This document shows, piece by piece, positions 16,135 through 25,368 of a stretch of 38,570 bases of DNA. The position numbers and the translations under genes are program-made. Source of the stretch: a virus (lineage: Duplodnaviria > Caudoviricetes); IMG/VR virus record IMGVR_UViG_3300029821_000139, positions 1 to 38,570 of that record, one strand, 5' to 3'. The notes beneath the pieces are model-generated. The model did not search any database, was not told the DNA's origin, and saw only the letters and a list, made by a program, of their open reading frames with translations. Each line of letters starts with the position of its first letter. Position 1 is the first letter of the stretch.

Positions 16135-17524
16135 GTTTTATCCGTTCCCCCTTCCAATATTCCAATTTATCAATTGGTTTATACAATGTTGATATTTTAC
16201 CATCCGGTCTACCTATAGCAAAATCATTTGTTTTATTGTTGTACTTAAAAACGAAGCCGTCTTTATCAACAAAACCCTCAATGCTTTCAGATATATCAGC
16301 AGCCAATAATTCCTTTGCTTTAATAATATATTCCTTTTCTGATATTCCTTCAAATTCCTTCAAGTGCTTATCGATATGATTTTTTAGTTTTTTATTAGAA
16401 GAAAACTCTGCTTCCAGCCACTTCTTATTATTAATTATACCATCTGGGACTGCTTTTGCAATAGGTTTAACGTTCTGATTGTTTAAGAATTTCGAACGCA
16501 TTTTCCACTCTTTCATCTTAGCATCATACTTCTTGATATTACTAGGGTCTAAGCTGCCTTCTTTCAACCTCTTGTACTTTTGCACGTTACGATTAATCTC
16601 GTTCTCTCGTTGAGCCTTTTCGTAACGATCACCCAGCTCATCTTCCTGAATAATTTCAGGTTCTTCATTGATGCCTGGAAAGAACGTGCTTGATGTGTGC
16701 TTACAGTTAGGATGAAACAGACCTTCGTTGATGGCTTCACTGAGAAGCGGATAATCGCCATCTTCTGCTTTACCGCCACTATATACATCGTCTATGTAAA
16801 CTCTGCCTTGCCATGGTGAGCAGATGTCTGAACATCCTAGATACTGGGATATCAATACAGTGCTTATGCCCCATTCTTTCCGTCGTTCTCCTTCACCGGT
16901 TAGATAGGCTCTTCTGTTAGCCGTTCTAATTGACATCCTAGAGTAAGAGGCAACGTTGACACTTGAACCATTTGAGTAGCTGATGGCTGTAATGCCTTTT
17001 CTTAAAAAGTCCTTGGTGGCCATGTCTACTGCTTGATCAAGTGTTCCAGCACCTGATCCAAAGAATACTTCGGATTTATACAATGTCTGTCTGTAAACAT
17101 CATCCATCATTCTTAATGTAGCCGTTTGAGCTCTTTTCATATCTGCTGATACTGCCTTGACCAAAGTGTCTAGCTTACGGTTGCTAGCCTTAAAGAAGGC
17201 ATCATTAGGCGCTTGTTTTGCAAGCCTAAAACCTTTTTTTATAGCTCTTTGAACTTCCTTGTCAACCTTTGAACCAGCTTCAAGATATTGCTTAATCAGG
17301 TGGTCCTTGGTTGCTTTATCTATCCGGAGTTTATAGCTTGACATGATAGCCATATTCCTTCGTCTATAGCTTCTTAGTTCTCTAAGCTTAAGCACTTGCC
17401 ACTGTGGCCAATCAAAGCCTTCTGTAAGCTCCCAGTCCTTATGTGGCTTTAAAGTTCGTTTCATGGACCGTATTAGTCTAAGCTCAATCTCTTGGAAAAT
17501 CTTACCCATGTCATAATCATTTAT
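16118..17524 (-). CDS. Minor capsid (Phage_min_cap2/MuF-type) protein with C-terminal toxin-like domain
   Basis: C-x-x-C-x-PWQG and GLFHPNCKH. C-terminal HIDKH...KYNNKTNDFAIG...GKISTLYKP...YW. Start uncertain (GTG 17533, ATA 17524 or ATG 17509). Confidence 0.85.
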   Translation of the reverse strand: MNDYDMGKIFQEIELRLIRSMKRTLKPHKDWELTEGFDWPQWQVLKLRELRSYRRRNMAIMSSYKLRIDKATKDHLIKQYLEAGSKVDKEVQRAIKKGFRLAKQAPNDAFFKASNRKLDTLVKAVSADMKRAQTATLRMMDDVYRQTLYKSEVFFGSGAGTLDQAVDMATKDFLRKGITAISYSNGSSVNVASYSRMSIRTANRRAYLTGEGERRKEWGISTVLISQYLGCSDICSPWQGRVYIDDVYSGGKAEDGDYPLLSEAINEGLFHPNCKHTSSTFFPGINEEPEIIQEDELGDRYEKAQRENEINRNVQKYKRLKEGSLDPSNIKKYDAKMKEWKMRSKFLNNQNVKPIAKAVPDGIINNKKWLEAEFSSNKKLKNHIDKHLKEFEGISEKEYIIKAKELLAADISESIEGFVDKDGFVFKYNNKTNDFAIGRPDGKISTLYKPIDKLEYWKGERIKHEPKN

Positions 17525-17589
17525 AACGATCACCTCTTATCCATATTTTGAATAAGCGTCCTAACGTCTTTGATATTTCAAACAATTGC

Positions 17590-19074
17590 CTAGATATCTT
17601 CATCACTTTCACCACCTTCATCAGCTTCCATGTTTTGAAGTGTCGGATCATAAGAAGTGAAGGAGTTCTCTGCTTTGATTAACTCTACTTCTGCTGCCTT
17701 TTCTTTGTCCGTCATGGTATCACCATAGAGCTCATCTACCGCTTTCTCTGTACTCATGACACCATAAGACTTAGCTTTCCCAACAACTTCTACAACATTG
17801 TCAAAGCCTGGTGAAGCGTATTCACCAAATTTTACAGTCGCAACGTAATCTGCAGGTGTTTTAGTTTCGATGAGGTCCTGTACTTTAAGCAACACGTCAA
17901 CTATCTTAGGGATAATTACGTTGAGTACGTTGATGATCTGGCCTCTTGTGTAAAGTGTGACCTTCTCTTTTTCCCTTTGAGAATCGGCATTATCCGTCTT
18001 CTTAAGGTCTATTCCCAGTGTAGCCGGTGAGATGATGCCTTGAAGGGTTAAGTCTAAGCAAGTAGCGTATGAAGCTTGATAGGACTCGTAAGCAACGCTA
18101 GGCTGTGATACTTCGACCTTATTCTTTTCACCTTCTGTCATGGATGAGCCTATCTTAACAAATTGATTGTCAAAAGGATTAGGCTCAAGTAAGGCTCCTG
18201 TCTCTAAGTTCCTTGGTATCAAGTCATCTGGTATATACCGGATTGCTCTTGAGAGTCTTATAGCGTCCATCCATTGGCTAATTGTTTCATCCAGTGCATC
18301 GATATTGTCTGACTTGGAATCAAAGAGTGCCTTACCTCGGTTCTTCCATTTTGTCGATGAAAAGAACTTAACGGGTACAGCCATGATAAACTCACCAGCA
18401 AAAGTAACGTCTTCAAGGTCCTTAGTGTCTTCCAGTGTATTTAAAGGCATCTCATTACCTTTGTCATTGAAAAGCTTGTATTTGACATAGCCCTTACCGT
18501 AGATCTCTTGAAGTCTGAACTCCTTTTCATCTTTCGTGTAAACAGTCCAGAAGATGACTTCTTGTATTCGACCTCTCTTGATCGTGTAGTCAACGACATC
18601 AGCTTCGTAAAATTCTAAAATGGGATTCTTAGACACATCAGGGTCAATGACAACCTTAAGGGCACCATCACCAGTTGCAAGTGCCCCTTGAACAGCTTGA
18701 CCGATAATATCTTCAAATGTATTCTCTTCGGCCAGCTCTTCCCATCTCTTGTTTAATTCTTCCGTGGCAAGCTCAATACTGTCTAGATCAGCGATGACTA
18801 AGTCTTTTAATCTATCAACAACGACCTGAACAATACCGGAATGCAGTTTACGTACTTTTCCGTGCGGAGAAGCTGCCCAAAATCTAGCCTTGCTGACATC
18901 ATCGAAAGCGGTCTGCTTAAAGAACTGCTCTATCTCAGACGGATCAGCACGATATAGGATTTGATTTTTAAGAACGTTGGCTCTGAAGCTTAACGGCTCT
19001 TTAATATTTATTTGTCTTTCAAGCGCTGGTGTTATCTTTAATAGTTTTAGAAATAACTTTTGAATCCAGTTCAT
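17590..19074 (-). CDS. Portal protein (A118/SPP1-type)
   Basis: 494 aa, after the terminase. ISPATLGID motif and acidic tail. Confidence 0.88.
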   Translation of the reverse strand: MNWIQKLFLKLLKITPALERQINIKEPLSFRANVLKNQILYRADPSEIEQFFKQTAFDDVSKARFWAASPHGKVRKLHSGIVQVVVDRLKDLVIADLDSIELATEELNKRWEELAEENTFEDIIGQAVQGALATGDGALKVVIDPDVSKNPILEFYEADVVDYTIKRGRIQEVIFWTVYTKDEKEFRLQEIYGKGYVKYKLFNDKGNEMPLNTLEDTKDLEDVTFAGEFIMAVPVKFFSSTKWKNRGKALFDSKSDNIDALDETISQWMDAIRLSRAIRYIPDDLIPRNLETGALLEPNPFDNQFVKIGSSMTEGEKNKVEVSQPSVAYESYQASYATCLDLTLQGIISPATLGIDLKKTDNADSQREKEKVTLYTRGQIINVLNVIIPKIVDVLLKVQDLIETKTPADYVATVKFGEYASPGFDNVVEVVGKAKSYGVMSTEKAVDELYGDTMTDKEKAAEVELIKAENSFTSYDPTLQNMEADEGGESDEDI

Positions 19075-19083
19075 CTAATCACC

Positions 19084-19251
19084 TCATCCATTATAATTAC
19101 ATTTCCCATCTTTCCAAACTGCACATTCCGACTCCTTGCACTCTGCCTGTTGCTTTTTTTCTGCAAATACCCATGATGTAAGTAATCCGTTTTCATCGTA
19201 AATATTTTTCATCTTTTGAATAATTGGAGAACAAATATATGGACATATCAT
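19084..19251 (-). CDS. 55-aa cysteine-rich protein between terminase and portal, absent from ORF track
   Basis: Manual translation MICPYICSP...ECKESECAVWKDGKCNYNG, TAATG overlap with terL, RBS AGGAGG. Confidence 0.7.
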   Translation of the reverse strand: MICPYICSPIIQKMKNIYDENGLLTSWVFAEKKQQAECKESECAVWKDGKCNYNG

Positions 19252-20633
19252 TATTGGCCTCCTGTTCCGATTTTGTTCTTATAAGGTATCCAACCATATT
19301 GACTTGCATTAATAGTGTGATCATTGGTATCTTCTGGCTCGTATTTAGTTTCTTTCCAACTGTAAACTTCCATTTCCCTGATGTGCTCAACACAGTGGCT
19401 TAAAACGTAGTAAAAAACAATATTATTACAGTTAATCCAACCCAACATCAAATTGATACGATCTATTATCAGCATCTTCTTGTGAGCGTTTATAAAGTTA
19501 TATAGACAAGGATTGTTGCGCTTATACTTTCTGCACTCTGTTATTGTTGCCTGGTCAGCCGAATCAATAAACACGTCCCTAGCAAAGCCCCACTTCTTAC
19601 GGTTCTTTTCAAGAAACTTAACAAGACGTATGGCCGTGTCACTGGGAGCAATCGGTATTTCTAAGTCTGCATTGTTGTAGACCTCTTCATCCAAGATCAC
19701 TAACTTCCCGCACATCGTAATGCCTTGAAAAATAAATGATATCGTGTCCGGGCTTTGTTGACTGTATGCCGTGTCCACACCACAGCTAAAGTAAATAAAC
19801 TGCCATCGGTCTACCTGTGCTCTTAAATGGCTTTCTAGCTGCTTAAGGGTAATGACATTATGTTTATGTGTGAAGTTACTGAAAATAATGCCTGTTACTC
19901 GTCCTCTCAGACCTTGTATCTTATTCTTGTAAAGCTTGGTACCTTTGGGTGCTGATATTTTCTTTTTCTCTATATCTTCAGGTGTCAAACTTAAATTATC
20001 TACGAACGTAAAAAACCAGTACCTCCATTTAGGTACTGATTCTTCTTTTAACTCTTTCATGATTTCCCTCGGAACTTCATGCTCATACTTTTTGTAAGGC
20101 CTTGAACGATTAATGAACTCTTTATATACCGGCAAGCTAGGATCATCCGGATTAAGTGTTGCCATCAAGTAATCATTCCTTGTCGATACCTCACGGATGA
20201 AGTCAATATCTGCTGTATTAATCTCGTCAATGTAAACACATCCAAACTGAGCTCCAAGTACAAACTCCCATTTGTCACGGTTATCATATCCAAGTACAAA
20301 TATGATTTTATCCTCAAACTTGATATGCGGTATCTTATATTCTTTATCTCCATTTCCGTAATATCTAACTCTCGGTTTATGGAGGTCAACGATTCCATTG
20401 TCTTGTTGTATTAAGTTCTTCTCAGCATTACCAATCGTCTTAGAGGCAATGATATGCTGTTTCTTGCTGCTAAGGCTAACCATGCGCATGAACTTAACGC
20501 CAGCTCCTACAGTTGTCTTTCCAGATGCTGTAGTACCTTCAAGGAAGTCAGCATCCACATTGTCTATCGTGTTGATAAAGTCTATATACTTCTGTGAAAG
20601 AGGGAATGATCTACTCTTCAAGACCCTCACCAC
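19251..20633 (-). CDS. terL: Terminase large subunit
   Basis: Walker A EGTTASGKT, Walker B VYIDE, ATLNP, and nuclease motifs GVD and DHTINA. Confidence 0.95.
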   Translation of the reverse strand: MVRVLKSRSFPLSQKYIDFINTIDNVDADFLEGTTASGKTTVGAGVKFMRMVSLSSKKQHIIASKTIGNAEKNLIQQDNGIVDLHKPRVRYYGNGDKEYKIPHIKFEDKIIFVLGYDNRDKWEFVLGAQFGCVYIDEINTADIDFIREVSTRNDYLMATLNPDDPSLPVYKEFINRSRPYKKYEHEVPREIMKELKEESVPKWRYWFFTFVDNLSLTPEDIEKKKISAPKGTKLYKNKIQGLRGRVTGIIFSNFTHKHNVITLKQLESHLRAQVDRWQFIYFSCGVDTAYSQQSPDTISFIFQGITMCGKLVILDEEVYNNADLEIPIAPSDTAIRLVKFLEKNRKKWGFARDVFIDSADQATITECRKYKRNNPCLYNFINAHKKMLIIDRINLMLGWINCNNIVFYYVLSHCVEHIREMEVYSWKETKYEPEDTNDHTINASQYGWIPYKNKIGTGGQ

Positions 20634-21057
20634 CTACTTGTTCAAGTATGTCAGCAAACTTCTGAGAAGACTCAAGCATCACGTTATTATCAGACCTAGT
20701 AGTATAACCATATTTTGACATCCAAAGTCCTGCAAGCTGTGTAGGTATCATACCAAGCTCAAACTTTTCTCTGTTATCAACTTCGCATTCCTCACGCATG
20801 CGCGTGACGATGTCAAGGAACTTCTCATGTCCAGCGTAATCTGCGTAAAAAGCTTGCCTTGATAGGTTTACATAATTACAGAAACCTTCTATCGTATAAG
20901 TCACACTTCGCTTAAGTACGGCACTTACAAATTCACTATTTTTTGAACTAAACTCATGGGCAAGCACTTGCCTATTATTGCAATAGTCTTTGTACTCATC
21001 CCAAAGCTCTTTCATTTTTTTAACCGATGTAATTTTCCTTTGACTCACAATGCTCAC
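20611..21057 (-). CDS. terS: Terminase small subunit (P22 gp3-like)
   Basis: Upstream of and overlapping terL, YTIEGFC motif. Confidence 0.8.
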   Translation of the reverse strand: MSIVSQRKITSVKKMKELWDEYKDYCNNRQVLAHEFSSKNSEFVSAVLKRSVTYTIEGFCNYVNLSRQAFYADYAGHEKFLDIVTRMREECEVDNREKFELGMIPTQLAGLWMSKYGYTTRSDNNVMLESSQKFADILEQVGGEGLEE

Positions 21058-21165
21058 CTACCTTTCTTTGGGCATACAAAAAGGACCGCCAACTTGTGAC
21101 GATCCTTTTATCAAACTTTCCACTCTCTTATTATACACCAAAAAAAGGGACATTTAGTGCTACGT

Positions 21166-21684
21166 TTACAATAATTCAATTATTTCTCTGTCTAGCCGTT
21201 TACAATGCCTCTCGTCATAATTCATAAGCTTTGCTATTTGCCAAAAATGATAACCTTTAAAATATCTAAGCTCAATCAATTTCTTGTGCTTTACGCTAAG
21301 CTTGTCCATGATCTTCTCGACTGCATTCTTGTCATCATACAAAGCCTTTAGCCTTTGTTCAGCATACTTTATCTGTTCCTCATACCTGTCAATGATTTTA
21401 ATTATCGCCTGAGCGGTTGGATCAGATATGTTGTTAGATCGCTGAGACTCAGAACCGGAAGAACATATTGCCTTGGAAGTATCTCTTTCAGCTTTAACTA
21501 GGTCCCCTAAAAGCTTAATATCTTTTTGCAAAGTGATTATGGACTGGCAAGTGTAGGGATAGTTACTTAGCTTGCTTCTCATTCTCTTGTGTCTGTATTT
21601 CTCCTCACGACTGATATGGATAATCGCATTACCTGCCGTTGGGTCCTTGCAGCCACTACCATTGTACATTGGGTCATTACTCAT
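21166..21684 (-). CDS. Late transcription activator (ArpU/RinA-like, sigma region-4 HTH)
   Basis: SDPTA...LIELRYF...WQIAKLMNYDERHC. Last gene before terS. RBS GGAGG before ATG 21684. Confidence 0.8.
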   Translation of the reverse strand: MSNDPMYNGSGCKDPTAGNAIIHISREEKYRHKRMRSKLSNYPYTCQSIITLQKDIKLLGDLVKAERDTSKAICSSGSESQRSNNISDPTAQAIIKIIDRYEEQIKYAEQRLKALYDDKNAVEKIMDKLSVKHKKLIELRYFKGYHFWQIAKLMNYDERHCKRLDREIIELL

Positions 21685-21889
21685 CCTTAACCTCCTCATG
21701 CCAACAGGCTCTACATATTTCAAATGCTTCATCTGGGTGAGCTCCAAGTTCCTGCAACTTACAATCATTCCCTAATCTAGCACTTGGTAATGATTCATCA
21801 TAGAACCCTGGACACCCGTCTACTAATTCAGCTTCTTTTACTGGTCTTTCTGTTTCGATCATGCTTATTATCAAGTCAATTCTTCTCAA
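21677..21889 (-). CDS. Hypothetical protein with Cys motifs
   Basis: TTG start with RBS AGGAG, GCPG...C...CRACW. Confidence 0.65.
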   Translation of the reverse strand: MRRIDLIISMIETERPVKEAELVDGCPGFYDESLPSARLGNDCKLQELGAHPDEAFEICRACWHEEVKDE

Positions 21890-21919
21890 CGTTATCTCCT
21901 CTCAATCTGTGACTATTTT

Positions 21920-22150
21920 TTAATAGCAGTCAAAACACAAATCTTTTCTACTATCGCTTTTATGTTCGAATACACTATTTTTGTCTACTAATTTTCCACA
22001 CCCCATACATTTTATTTTTTCGTCTTTACTTAATTCCATTTTTGTTAGGTTAATTTTTTCATTCAACTTTTTTTTCATATCTTTAACACACTCTTTGCAT
22101 ACATCACCTTTAGTGTAAAAGATTTCTCCACATTCATCGCACACATTCAT
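21920..22150 (-). CDS. Hypothetical protein with two predicted zinc ribbons
   Basis: Four CxxC motifs, RBS in the repeat. Confidence 0.7.
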   Translation of the reverse strand: MNVCDECGEIFYTKGDVCKECVKDMKKKLNEKINLTKMELSKDEKIKCMGCGKLVDKNSVFEHKSDSRKDLCFDCY

Positions 22151-22191
22151 TTTATACCTCTCAATCTATTTCACTTAATCTGTGACTATTG

Positions 22192-22494
22192 TTAATCGCT
22201 ACTTATTTTATCTCTAAGTCTTTTGGCTGGTTCACAATCGCTATCATTAATAGCTGATTCATACATAAATGCATCCCAATATTCTCCACTTTCAGCACAT
22301 TGCCTACAACCACTACAATAGTTTCCTAAATCGTTATAACATTCTGTGTGTAAATATTCTGTAAAAACGCTACCTCCATCAACACTTGTCCATGTATTAG
22401 CTTCTGAACCTTTTTCTATCATGTCCCCACAAGCAAAGCATCGTTTATCTTTACGCGTTTTCTTAACGTGCCCATATCTTAAAAATTCTGCCAT
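22192..22494 (-). CDS. Hypothetical zinc-binding protein
   Basis: KTRKDKRCFACG...HTEC...CSGC. Confidence 0.7.
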   Translation of the reverse strand: MAEFLRYGHVKKTRKDKRCFACGDMIEKGSEANTWTSVDGGSVFTEYLHTECYNDLGNYCSGCRQCAESGEYWDAFMYESAINDSDCEPAKRLRDKISSD

Positions 22495-22530
22495 TATCGC
22501 ACCTCAATCTCTTTCAATCGTTGTCTGTTG

Positions 22531-22683
22531 CTATCGTTCGCTAGTTTCAAAAACCCTATTTTCTAACATTATCAATTTATCTTTTAGCATTTTTGAATCT
22601 TTTGTTTCACCATTACTTAGTTCCATAGTGTATGCAACATCTAATATATTCTGTTTAACATCTTCCCACTCTATAACTTTCAT
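22531..22683 (-). CDS. Hypothetical protein (50 aa, absent from ORF track)
   Basis: MKVIEWEDVKQNILDVAY..., RBS AGGTG, TAG stop lies within the next repeat. Confidence 0.65.
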   Translation of the reverse strand: MKVIEWEDVKQNILDVAYTMELSNGETKDSKMLKDKLIMLENRVFETSER

Positions 22684-22747
22684 TTAATCACCTAATCTCT
22701 TTCAATCGTTGTCTGTGACTGTTGTTAATAATCTTTCTTTTTCAATC

Positions 22748-23131
22748 TTAATCGTGCATGTTGCCTATTACTTCAATCGTGTAATCTTCCGCCATAATAA
22801 AAGATAAATTGTTGCACTCACTAAAAAATGTGTCTTTAAGTTCAAATGCTGGGTAATCTTCACCCCAAATTATTTCTGTTATAACTTCTATTTCGTTTTC
22901 ATATGTATTAAATACTTCCACTATATCACCCTCAAATATCAACCTGCCATTCTTATCTTTTAATCCTGTGCATTGACATAATGTTTTTGGGTCTATTTCG
23001 AAGTAGTAATATGTGTTGTTTATGGCTTGTATTCTTAAAGTATGCAATCCACCTTGTGTATAACCAACGACAAGACCTTCAACCCATTCTCCATTTTTCG
23101 TTTTTGCTTTGCTTAAAAATCTTTCGTTCAT
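22748..23131 (-). CDS. YopX family protein
   Basis: WVEG...TLCQCTGLKDKNGRLIFEGDIV...EVIGNMHD. Confidence 0.92.
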   Translation of the reverse strand: MNERFLSKAKTKNGEWVEGLVVGYTQGGLHTLRIQAINNTYYYFEIDPKTLCQCTGLKDKNGRLIFEGDIVEVFNTYENEIEVITEIIWGEDYPAFELKDTFFSECNNLSFIMAEDYTIEVIGNMHD

Positions 23132-23172
23132 CTTTTACCTCTCAATCTCTTTCTTTAATTGGTTATCTGTGA

Positions 23173-23334
23173 CTATTGTTGTTCAATACTCTCTTTTCTT
23201 TCGAGCATCTTCATGCGTTTTAATGTAGTTTGATAACCAATAATCTGTTTATCATATTCTTCATTTTTATTGATTTTGTTCAAATAATTTATACCTTCAT
23301 TCAAAAAATCTTTTAATTCTTCCCATTTATCCAT
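23173..23334 (-). CDS. Hypothetical protein (53 aa, absent from ORF track)
   Basis: MDKWEELKDFLNEG..., RBS GAGGT, TAG stop lies within the next repeat. Confidence 0.65.
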   Translation of the reverse strand: MDKWEELKDFLNEGINYLNKINKNEEYDKQIIGYQTTLKRMKMLERKESIEQQ

Positions 23335-23369
23335 ATTTATCTACCTCTCAATCTCTTTCTATTGTTGTT

Positions 23370-24830
23370 TTATGCCGTCATCTCTTGATTACACAATTCA
23401 GGTAAATTTGATTCAACAAGCGCTTTAGCAAACGGTGGTGGTACTGCATTCCCACATCGCGCTACCTGTTCTTTTTTGCTATATTTGTTGCCGTCAGCGT
23501 CATGATCTATGATATAGTCATCATCAAATCCTTGAGCTTTAAAAAGCTCTCTTGGCGTCAGCATTCTTAGCCCAATGTCCATAATCATATAGTCCTTTTT
23601 CATTACCTTCACTATTCCAAACCTGTCTTTTGTTGTAATCGTCCTTAGTGGTTCATCTATTTTTTGCCCTAAGTCTTTTTCACTTCCGTAGTATGACATT
23701 AAAAACGTCCTTACTTCTGCAAAATGATTGGCACCAGCTGTTACGGCATTCAAAGGTTTATCAACTTTTTGACCAATACTGTTTTTATTCATCTGCATGA
23801 TATTACTCATGACTACACAATATCTTGGATTTGTATCAACTGTATTAAGTGGCTTATTAATTGCCTGTCCTCTATGTTCTCCTTCTCTTGTTTGAGCATG
23901 ATAACTGGCAATATATGGTACTGCCAAACCATAGCCATGTGTAGCAGTAATTGTATTAAGTGGCTTATCAACTTCTTTGCAGTAATGATGAGATGATCCA
24001 CTGTGATTTACCTGTACAATAAATGGATTTGGATTTTCAATTACAAATTTTTGTATACCGGCTGCTAATCTTTTTAAAGTATTCTCTGCCAAAGGTCTTA
24101 CAGCCCTGAGTCCATACTTTTCAAATATCTCTTCTTTGCTTTCAAATATGCTAGGACATGGCAATGACCAATCAATAATATCTGCAGCAGTTCTCCACGG
24201 CTTTAGCATTCCGTATCTTGCTTCTATCATTTCAGGATCACCATGAGTCTCTACTGGCCATACAATCTTTTCACCATCACATCTGGCTACCATGAAGAAT
24301 CGTTTTCTAATTGTTGGAGCGCCATAATCACAAGCCCTCAATTCTCTAAAGTCAACCTCATAGCCTAATTTTTCAAGTTGTTTAACAAAGTGGTGAAATG
24401 TCTTCCCTTTTTTCTTTGGATCCGGATACAATTTCCCATCAACTTCAACCAAAGGACCCCATGTTTTAAACTCTTCAACGTTCTCTAGTATTATTACCCT
24501 TGGCCTTACTTTCTTTGCCCATCTTACAGCCACCCAAGCAAGCCCACGAATTTGATTTGATACCGGCGTCCCACCTTTTGCTTTTGAAAAGTGTTTGCAG
24601 TCAGGACTAAACCAGGCTAAGCCGACCGGTCTTCCGTTGCAAGCTTCAACAGGATCTATATCCCAAACATTCTCACAATAATGTTTTGAAGCTGGATGAT
24701 TAACGGTATGCATTCTTATAGCTTCAGGATCATGGTTGATGGCAATGTCTACACTTCTACCGGTTGCCATTTCAATACCTGATGAGGCACCTCCACCACC
24801 TGCAAAGTTGTCAATTATTAATTCAGTCAT
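23370..24830 (-). CDS. DNA (cytosine-5) methyltransferase, orphan
   Basis: FAGGGG, SPDC, ENV, RKR and GNAV motifs. Confidence 0.93.
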   Translation of the reverse strand: MTELIIDNFAGGGGASSGIEMATGRSVDIAINHDPEAIRMHTVNHPASKHYCENVWDIDPVEACNGRPVGLAWFSPDCKHFSKAKGGTPVSNQIRGLAWVAVRWAKKVRPRVIILENVEEFKTWGPLVEVDGKLYPDPKKKGKTFHHFVKQLEKLGYEVDFRELRACDYGAPTIRKRFFMVARCDGEKIVWPVETHGDPEMIEARYGMLKPWRTAADIIDWSLPCPSIFESKEEIFEKYGLRAVRPLAENTLKRLAAGIQKFVIENPNPFIVQVNHSGSSHHYCKEVDKPLNTITATHGYGLAVPYIASYHAQTREGEHRGQAINKPLNTVDTNPRYCVVMSNIMQMNKNSIGQKVDKPLNAVTAGANHFAEVRTFLMSYYGSEKDLGQKIDEPLRTITTKDRFGIVKVMKKDYMIMDIGLRMLTPRELFKAQGFDDDYIIDHDADGNKYSKKEQVARCGNAVPPPFAKALVESNLPELCNQEMTA

Positions 24831-25146
24831 CCCATTCCCCCATCCTTATCAAATATTTCTTTTCAACCCGGTGCATGGTCCATCCTTTTTCTTTTAGCCA
24901 AGGTGTCAGATGTCTTAAAAATGCTAGCATATCCATATGATTTTCTTTGCAAAATATGTGCATAGAGAACTCGGCGTTGATTGGTAACAACTTGCAGGCA
25001 TTGGCAAATCGTTGTTCGTACTTAGCGGTCCTTGCCTCATCTTTTACCTTTAGTGTTTCTATTTTTCTAAGTTTCATTTTCCCAAAATAAGTATCTTCGT
25101 AGTCCTTGTCATAATGATCAAATAATTGTTCTACTGACATTTCCAT
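24823..25146 (-). CDS. Hypothetical protein
   Basis: ORF in operon context. Confidence 0.6.
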   Translation of the reverse strand: MEMSVEQLFDHYDKDYEDTYFGKMKLRKIETLKVKDEARTAKYEQRFANACKLLPINAEFSMHIFCKENHMDMLAFLRHLTPWLKEKGWTMHRVEKKYLIRMGEWDD

Positions 25147-25151
25147 ACTCT

Positions 25152-25364
25152 CTATCCTTCCTTATCTGAATAAATGTTTTCTAAGAGTCCTACGTGATGC
25201 ACCAGTATTTGAGTGCAGAGGTCAAAGGGATATTGGTTAGATAGCAGTGTTACTTCATCAGCTAATTCATCCCAGTTAATCTCAACATCTTTGTACTTGT
25301 CGAAAAAAATATAAGTTGCTTTATAAATCTCTTTCACTTGCTCTACGGTTGGCCATACTTTCAT
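25152..25364 (-). CDS. Hypothetical protein
   Basis: Start at MKVWPT with RBS GGAGTG. Confidence 0.6.
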   Translation of the reverse strand: MKVWPTVEQVKEIYKATYIFFDKYKDVEINWDELADEVTLLSNQYPFDLCTQILVHHVGLLENIYSDKEG

Positions 25365-25368
25365 GCTA

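Larger units (their letters stand above)
21898..23369 (-). repeat. Six intergenic copies of AACAATAGTCACAGA-n-GAAAGAGATTGAGAGG
   Basis: Copies at about 21898-21917, 22157-22193, 22501-22537, 22690-22726, 23137-23180 and 23343-23369. Each ends in the RBS of the next gene. Confidence 0.9.

Noticed and set aside
17519-17605. 28-aa ORF (MKISRQLFE...) between portal and MuF
   Set aside because: It is too short and has no motif, so it cannot be told apart from chance, although it could couple translation.
21898-23369. Intergenic repeats as a CRISPR array or integron attC sites
   Set aside because: The spacers are whole genes of 150-400 bp, the repeats vary in length and are not palindromic, and there is no cas gene or integron integrase.
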